From assembly GCA_964016885.1 (NCBI GenBank), contig OZ024740.1:75454001-75518000 (forward strand): a DNA stretch of 64,000 nt, in the 5' to 3' direction. The DNA comes from Eledone cirrhosa. Its lineage: Eukaryota. This document shows positions 58,312-64,000 of the stretch, one piece after another. The notes below the pieces were generated by a model. It was not told the DNA's origin, did no database searches, and worked only from the letters and a program-made list of their open reading frames with translations. Every line of letters starts with the position of its first letter. Position 1 is the first letter of the stretch. Both the position numbers and the translations under genes were made by a program.

Positions 58312-61300
58312 CCATAGCCACCAGACAGGAGAAAACCGCCTCTCCTTCATTCTTAAATGAAGGCGGCGGGTTGATCCTCACGGTGGAGTCGGCTGACGAC
58401 TGGATGCGTCCCACACGTGACAGTAGCTGTTCGACATAATTCCACAAGTCGGTCACCCCTGGGCACTGAACAATTGCGTGCAGAACGGTTTCGATGTCCT
58501 GCTTGGACAGGTCCTTTTAGCAGGATATCTGCCAGGGCGCCCGTGCCTGTAGATTTTGTCTCGAACTGGTAGATCTCCTCGGTAGCACTGCCAGGCCAGA
58601 GACCTCTAGATGTTATCCATAGGCCCTGGACGGAAAGTCCTCCCGAACAGACTGGTCAGTTCGTCCTCCTCGGTGCCTAGAGTTTCTCCGAGAACGTCGT
58701 CGCACTTATCCTCCACTAATCCCCTATAGAATGTCGAAGTGGAGTCTCCGCTGATTGCTGTTTCCGCTTGGTAGAGGGTTGTGAGCGCCTGAAGGCACTC
58801 GAAGTGCCAGGCACCCATTTTCGGTCTTCCTTTGACTCAGGACTGCAGCTCTGTTAGTGAGACGAGTTGTGGAAGAGCTCGTCTCACAAACGACAGCCAC
58901 ACCGGTTCACCGGTCAGGAATACCTGGAGATGGCGTAGCCTCAGCGAGTGTTTGCGCATCATCAGCTTCGGCATGCCCAGCCCTCCGTTAGAAAGGTGTT
59001 GACAGCAGGTGGATCTCTTCACCAATGGAGCCTGTTTCTTCCAGAAGAACTTGAAGAGTAGGCGTTCCATTTTGGTGAGGTATTCGCGGGGACAAGGCAC
59101 AACTGTCAAGCGGTAGTAGATGACGGACGCTTGACCTTTCAAGGAGAGTTTGCACTCAGCCCACTTCTGGGTGAGTGCAAACACCTTCGCCGTGACCTCG
59201 TTCCAGTTCTTGTCCACCTGGAGGTCTGGACCAAACCAGATCCCGAGCAATTTCACCGGTCCTTCCCTCCAGCGTCCAGCGACACTGTCGGAAGGCATAG
59301 GTTTGCCTCTCTATGTGCCGAGTTGCAAACCGACAGACTTGTTTGAGTTTAGTCTTGCTCCTGTTAACGTTTCGTATTCCTGTAATAGGTTGCCGATTAC
59401 TTCGATTTCCGAGGTTTTCGACACTATTACGGTTATGTCGTCGGCATAGGCCGACGCTTCTTTCCGCATTTCTGGTTCGATCGGAATGCCCTGCAACAGC
59501 TCCAACTTCCGCAGTAATGGCTCGAGAGTCATTACATACAGAATGGAGGAGAGGGGGCATCCCTGACGGATAGAACGCATTATTTGGAATGGCTCCGATA
59601 GGCACATTGACTGCCGAGCAGATGCTGGTGTGCATGGCAGCGATCCAGCCTCTGAAGACGGGACCGAAGCCGGCTGCCTTGAGAACCGCTTCCAAGCATT
59701 GATGGTCGATCCTATCAAATGGCTTAGACTGATCTAAATTGATCAGAGCCCCACCGAAGCCAGGTTTACACCCTACCCTCTCTATGGTGTATCGCATGAG
59801 GAGGAGGTTGTCCTGTATGGACCTGGTCGGGATTGCACACGTTTGCACTTCCCCTACCAAGTCCTCGACGACAAGCGCCAGCCTCGTTGTTAACACCTTG
59901 GCCAAAATCTTTAACTCTGTGTTGAGCAGAGTTATAGGCCTGAAATTGCTTATCTCATCCCCCTTGTTCTCATCTTTCCTGATCAGCGTTACTACGCCTC
60001 TGCCTACAGAACTGGGAATCCCCCCGTTCTGCTGCCAGTTGCAGTAGACCGCTTCGAGGACGCCAGACAACAAGTCTGGCATGCCTATGTAAAACTCATA
60101 GGGTAGACCATCTAAACCGGGTGATTTCCGTTTTCCGCAGCGGCCTAGGGCATCTTTTATTTCGCCTGCTGTGATCGACCTTTCGCAGCTCTCTGCATCC
60201 GTGCTCGAGAGTCGTGGTACGTCGTCGAGGTAGGAACTGAAGTCTATCACCTCGCTCGACATACCGCTTTGCCCGAACAGTTGTGCAAAATGCTGCTGGA
60301 AGGCCGTGCACATCTGCTTGGTTTCAAGTAGAATGCGTCCATCTTTGTCTTGCAAAGACCGAATTGTGGATTTGTTGCCACTTTTCGCCTCTGCCACTCG
60401 GGCCCAGCTCACAGCTTTGGCTCCCTCGTTTCTTAGAACACGTGTTCTACTTCTGACAATACAACCTTCGTATTTCACGTTGAAGAACTGGTCTAGTGTC
60501 GTTCTCGCCGCTAGCACGTCAGCTGTACTGCCATTCCTAAGTGCCTCTTCTACTTTAGCTACCAGTTCCTTTTCAGTTTTGTTTTTTTCTATAGCTACTT
60601 CCTTGCTAAATGCTATCGATTCTATTCTAATTGCTCTCTTGAGAGAGCTCCGCCACCTGTTCTTGGCGATCGCCCCCGTCAACTGGCACTTAACTAAGGT
60701 CCTAATCCGTTTACTGTATGCCTTACGCACCGGGAGCGACATGTTTAGCTTCCAGTATCCGAGAACCTGTCTATGTGTTCTATCAAGTTTGACTACGCAG
60801 GTGACTAATTTGTGGTCTGAATAGGCAACCATGTGCATTTGTGGACAGCTTCATGTTTCCTTATCATTCTGTCTAATTAAAAATCTATCTAAATACGATC
60901 TAGAAGACCCAGTGCAGTTGCTCCACGTCCACAGTGGTGCACTTGAGAAGTCTAGTCGATATCTATCAGCCAGTTGGAATTGGCTGATGAGATTTTTGAG
61001 GCTATTACACACCCCTCTATTATCACAAGCTCCTACATATTCCCAACGTGCGTCTAAGATGCCATTCAAGTACCCCGCTAACACTAAGGAGCGAGACGTT
61101 CCCAGGAATGGCTCCAGATGCTTGAAGAACTCTGGTCGCGATGTCCCAGTCGGGGCATATACGGCCACCAGTCTGAAAGCTCCACCTTCACTACCATTCA
61201 CGTCCAGGACCACCAGGCTGCCCTCCGGGTCCAAGTGAATCGTCTGTACTTTGAGATCCAAGTTTTTTCGAAACAGAACAGCAACTCCCCCTCCACCTCC

Positions 61301-63506
61301 TAGCTGACAGAGAGATGCGTAGATCTCAAAATCATCGAACATGGGGGTTAGCTGCTGCTTGTCGTGAATCCTGGACTCAGTGATGGCTATCACATCTATA
61401 CAATGTAACCTGAGATTATTTAAAAGCTGGCCCTGTTTCCAGGGTATGCCCAGGTTTCGTACATTCAAACATCCAACTTGTATAGTCGCCATGCTGGTGA
61501 AGAAGAATTAAGGAGAGAAAAGGCAGGAACACTTACCTCTTCGTTTCCTGGAGGTCGAGTTGTTCGATCTCCATGTCCAGATTGGTGGTATTTGGGGAGG
61601 GAGGGAATTCTTTTAGCAGGACACGGTTAATGGGTTTTTTGCAAGGGGGGTCCACATCATGTGGGAAGTTTCCTTTTAAAGTTTCGTACTGAAGGGTTGT
61701 TACCCTGATAAGTTTGAGGTTTGGGGGTGGGTCGTTGGTGGGGAAGGTTTTCCCTTCCGTTTGTATTGTGGGATCCTTTCGGACAGTTTCCACCAGTTCT
61801 GTGTTTCTTGTTTTTATGTATGTGTAATGTGTTTTGTTTTTTATGTGTACTGTTTCTGTTTGTAGTTTTCTTTTTGTGGTTGAGGTTTGTGATTGTGATG
61901 GTGTGGGTGTTTGTTTTGTTGGTGAAGTGTCGGGTTGTGTTGTTGGTTTGGTTGTCGTTTGTGGCGGTATGTTTATGTCAGTGTTGGGTGTGTGCGTGTT
62001 TTCAGTTGATGCTTTTGTTGTATTTTTTCTGTGTCTTTTTTGCTTCTTGGATTTTTGGAGTTCCTTTTCATCCTCACTTGGAGATGTAGAGGTTCCGTGT
62101 CTGAGGTGTTATCATTGTGTGTAGGTGGGAGGGGTATGTTGTGTGGTGGTGGAGTATTTGTGTGTGTGTTGTGGGAGTGTTGGACAGAGGGGGAAGGGGT
62201 GGGACAGAGTTCTTCAGGGGAATTTTTGGTGGGGTGTCTATTGTGGTTTGTGATGGTTGGGTGACTGTTGGTGGTTTGGGGGTTGTGTTTTTGTTTTGTT
62301 TTAGGGTGTGTCTGTTGTAGTTTTGGGGTTGGCAACAACGCCTCTTTTGTTTTTCAACATCCAGCATTGGGCAAAATACTTTTAAATGTGTGTTTTTTCC
62401 ACATTTGAAACATGGTTATCATCCACCGGCACCCTTTCCGGTATTTTTTCAATCCTCTCCGGTTTCATTTGAACCAAAAGCTCCATTGAGGTCCCATTCC
62501 AGTTCTGTCGGATTGATTTTTTTTACAGAGAGGAGGTTGTCTTCACCCTCCTCCAAAAAACCACCCATGATCCACCAAATGTTGGTGTTCGGCTGGATCT
62601 GGGAGATCCTTATTTTATGGGTTCTTCTTCTCATGTATGTTGGGAAGAAGATGCGTTGGCTCGTTCTAATTGGAGCCACCGAATATTTCTGGGCGCAAGC
62701 CTCGCCTTTAAAGAGCATCGAGATGCTCCCGTTCTGCTTGGCCCTCTGGAGGTAAGCAATGTCTGGCATTGCCTCCTTTAGTGTGGTTTCCACCGTGCTA
62801 TTGCTTAAAGCCATAGGTTTTTTGGTTTGTGACCAGATCGTCCGGAATAAAATTGTTTTTCTTCGCGGCCCTAATTTCCGGTGGGGTACTTATTCGAAAG
62901 CCGTTACCTTCGAAAGTTATATGTTGCGCAGCGTCCTTTAGGTGCTGCGCTTGGTTTGACAGATCTATTTCTATAAACTCTGTCTCTTTGGCAAGGCTTT
63001 CTGCAAACGTTTTTTTTTTTTTGTGTTTGATTGTTTTCGTTTGTGTTGGAGTTGTGTTTTTGTTGTTATTGTTATTGTTGTTGCTGGTGGTGCCGGTTGT
63101 GTTGTTTTTGTTCATTGTTTCACACTTTTGGTTTTGGTTTTTCTGCCATGGCAACGTCAAGTTGTTGGTCATCAGGTGAGGAAAATCTTTCCTCTCTTTG
63201 GCCTTTGTCTGAGACATCTGATACTATGACAGTGGAAGGGGGAAGCTGTAAGCATATCTTCCATTTCCTTCCTTCGAATGTTGGTGAAGAAGTTGTTGTT
63301 GCTTCAGGCATTTTTTTTAAAACGTTAGTTTTTCCCAAAAAATGTTTTCTTTCATGAACTATTTCGCCTAAAAGCGTAGAATATTTTGAGAGACTGACCA
63401 GATCAAAATTTGACCTGGCAGTCCCTCTATGAATTGGTATAAAAATGAGGGCTCACAGTCAAGAAGCAAAACTTACCCAGCAAGTTTCACACGTTTCATC
63501 TATCCC
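58312..63506 (-). mobile_element. L1/Tx1-like LINE, near full length, degenerate
   Basis: ORF1 with CFKCGKNTHLKVFC knuckle; ORF2 from 61492: LNVR, VYAP, LDRF, SDH, GYWKLN, SPGLDG, FRPITLLN, RQGCPLS, AYADD, LLGIWFG. Confidence 0.93.
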
Positions 63507-63627
63507 GAAAATAGATAGATAGATGTTTTTATGCGTGGATGAATACACACTTCGGTGTTATTTATAAATGGCTGCTATATATCTAGAATATATGTATGTA
63601 TGTATATATGCGTGTGTATGTATACAT

Positions 63628-63709
<82 letters not shown>

Positions 63710-64000
63710 ATATAAATATATATATATATGTGTGAGTGTGTGTGTGCGTGTGTGTGTGTGTGTGTGTTATAATTCTATTGATTGGTTAATTTTTTATGTT
63801 TGTTTAATAACATCAAGTTGAGAGCTTTTATTCGGGTTGTGTAAAGGATATAAATCCTTTGTTCAAATTTTGAATTTGACCGCCAAAACCGGGGGTTACC
63901 TCCCTTCGGATAAACCACGTGACTACTGGCGGTGTTTACTGCTAGTTCTTACAACTGGGGCGGCAGAATGAAAACTTGTTGACGAAGTAAATTCCACTGT

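Overview
Eukaryotic (animal) genomic DNA that is AT-rich and saturated with (TA)n, (CA)n, (TACA)n and (AAT)n microsatellites. The SINE content and texture suggest a cephalopod such as Octopus (inference). No host protein-coding gene is recognisable, and the long YI/IY/VC ORFs in the track are microsatellite artefacts. The window is a retroelement graveyard. It holds six Penelope-like (PLE; RT plus GIY-YIG) remnants, six R4/Dong-type RLE LINE pieces, a near-complete RTE/BovB-like LINE with three C-terminal C2H2-type fingers, a near-complete L1/Tx1-like LINE, CRE- and CR1-like scraps, many tRNA-derived SINEs, a Helitron end and a hAT-like MITE. The hidden signal is RNA structure: more than 20 type I hammerhead ribozyme (HHR) motifs from over a dozen unrelated families can be folded by eye, mostly minimal ones with a palindromic helix III. 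They sit in PLE tails, in fold-back palindromes and in three non-coding tandem units (about 467, 485 and 591 bp) that look like retrozyme circular-RNA templates. Several carry the compensatory U3-A8 core variant (UUGAUAA). All coordinates and folds were read manually and may be off by a few bases.
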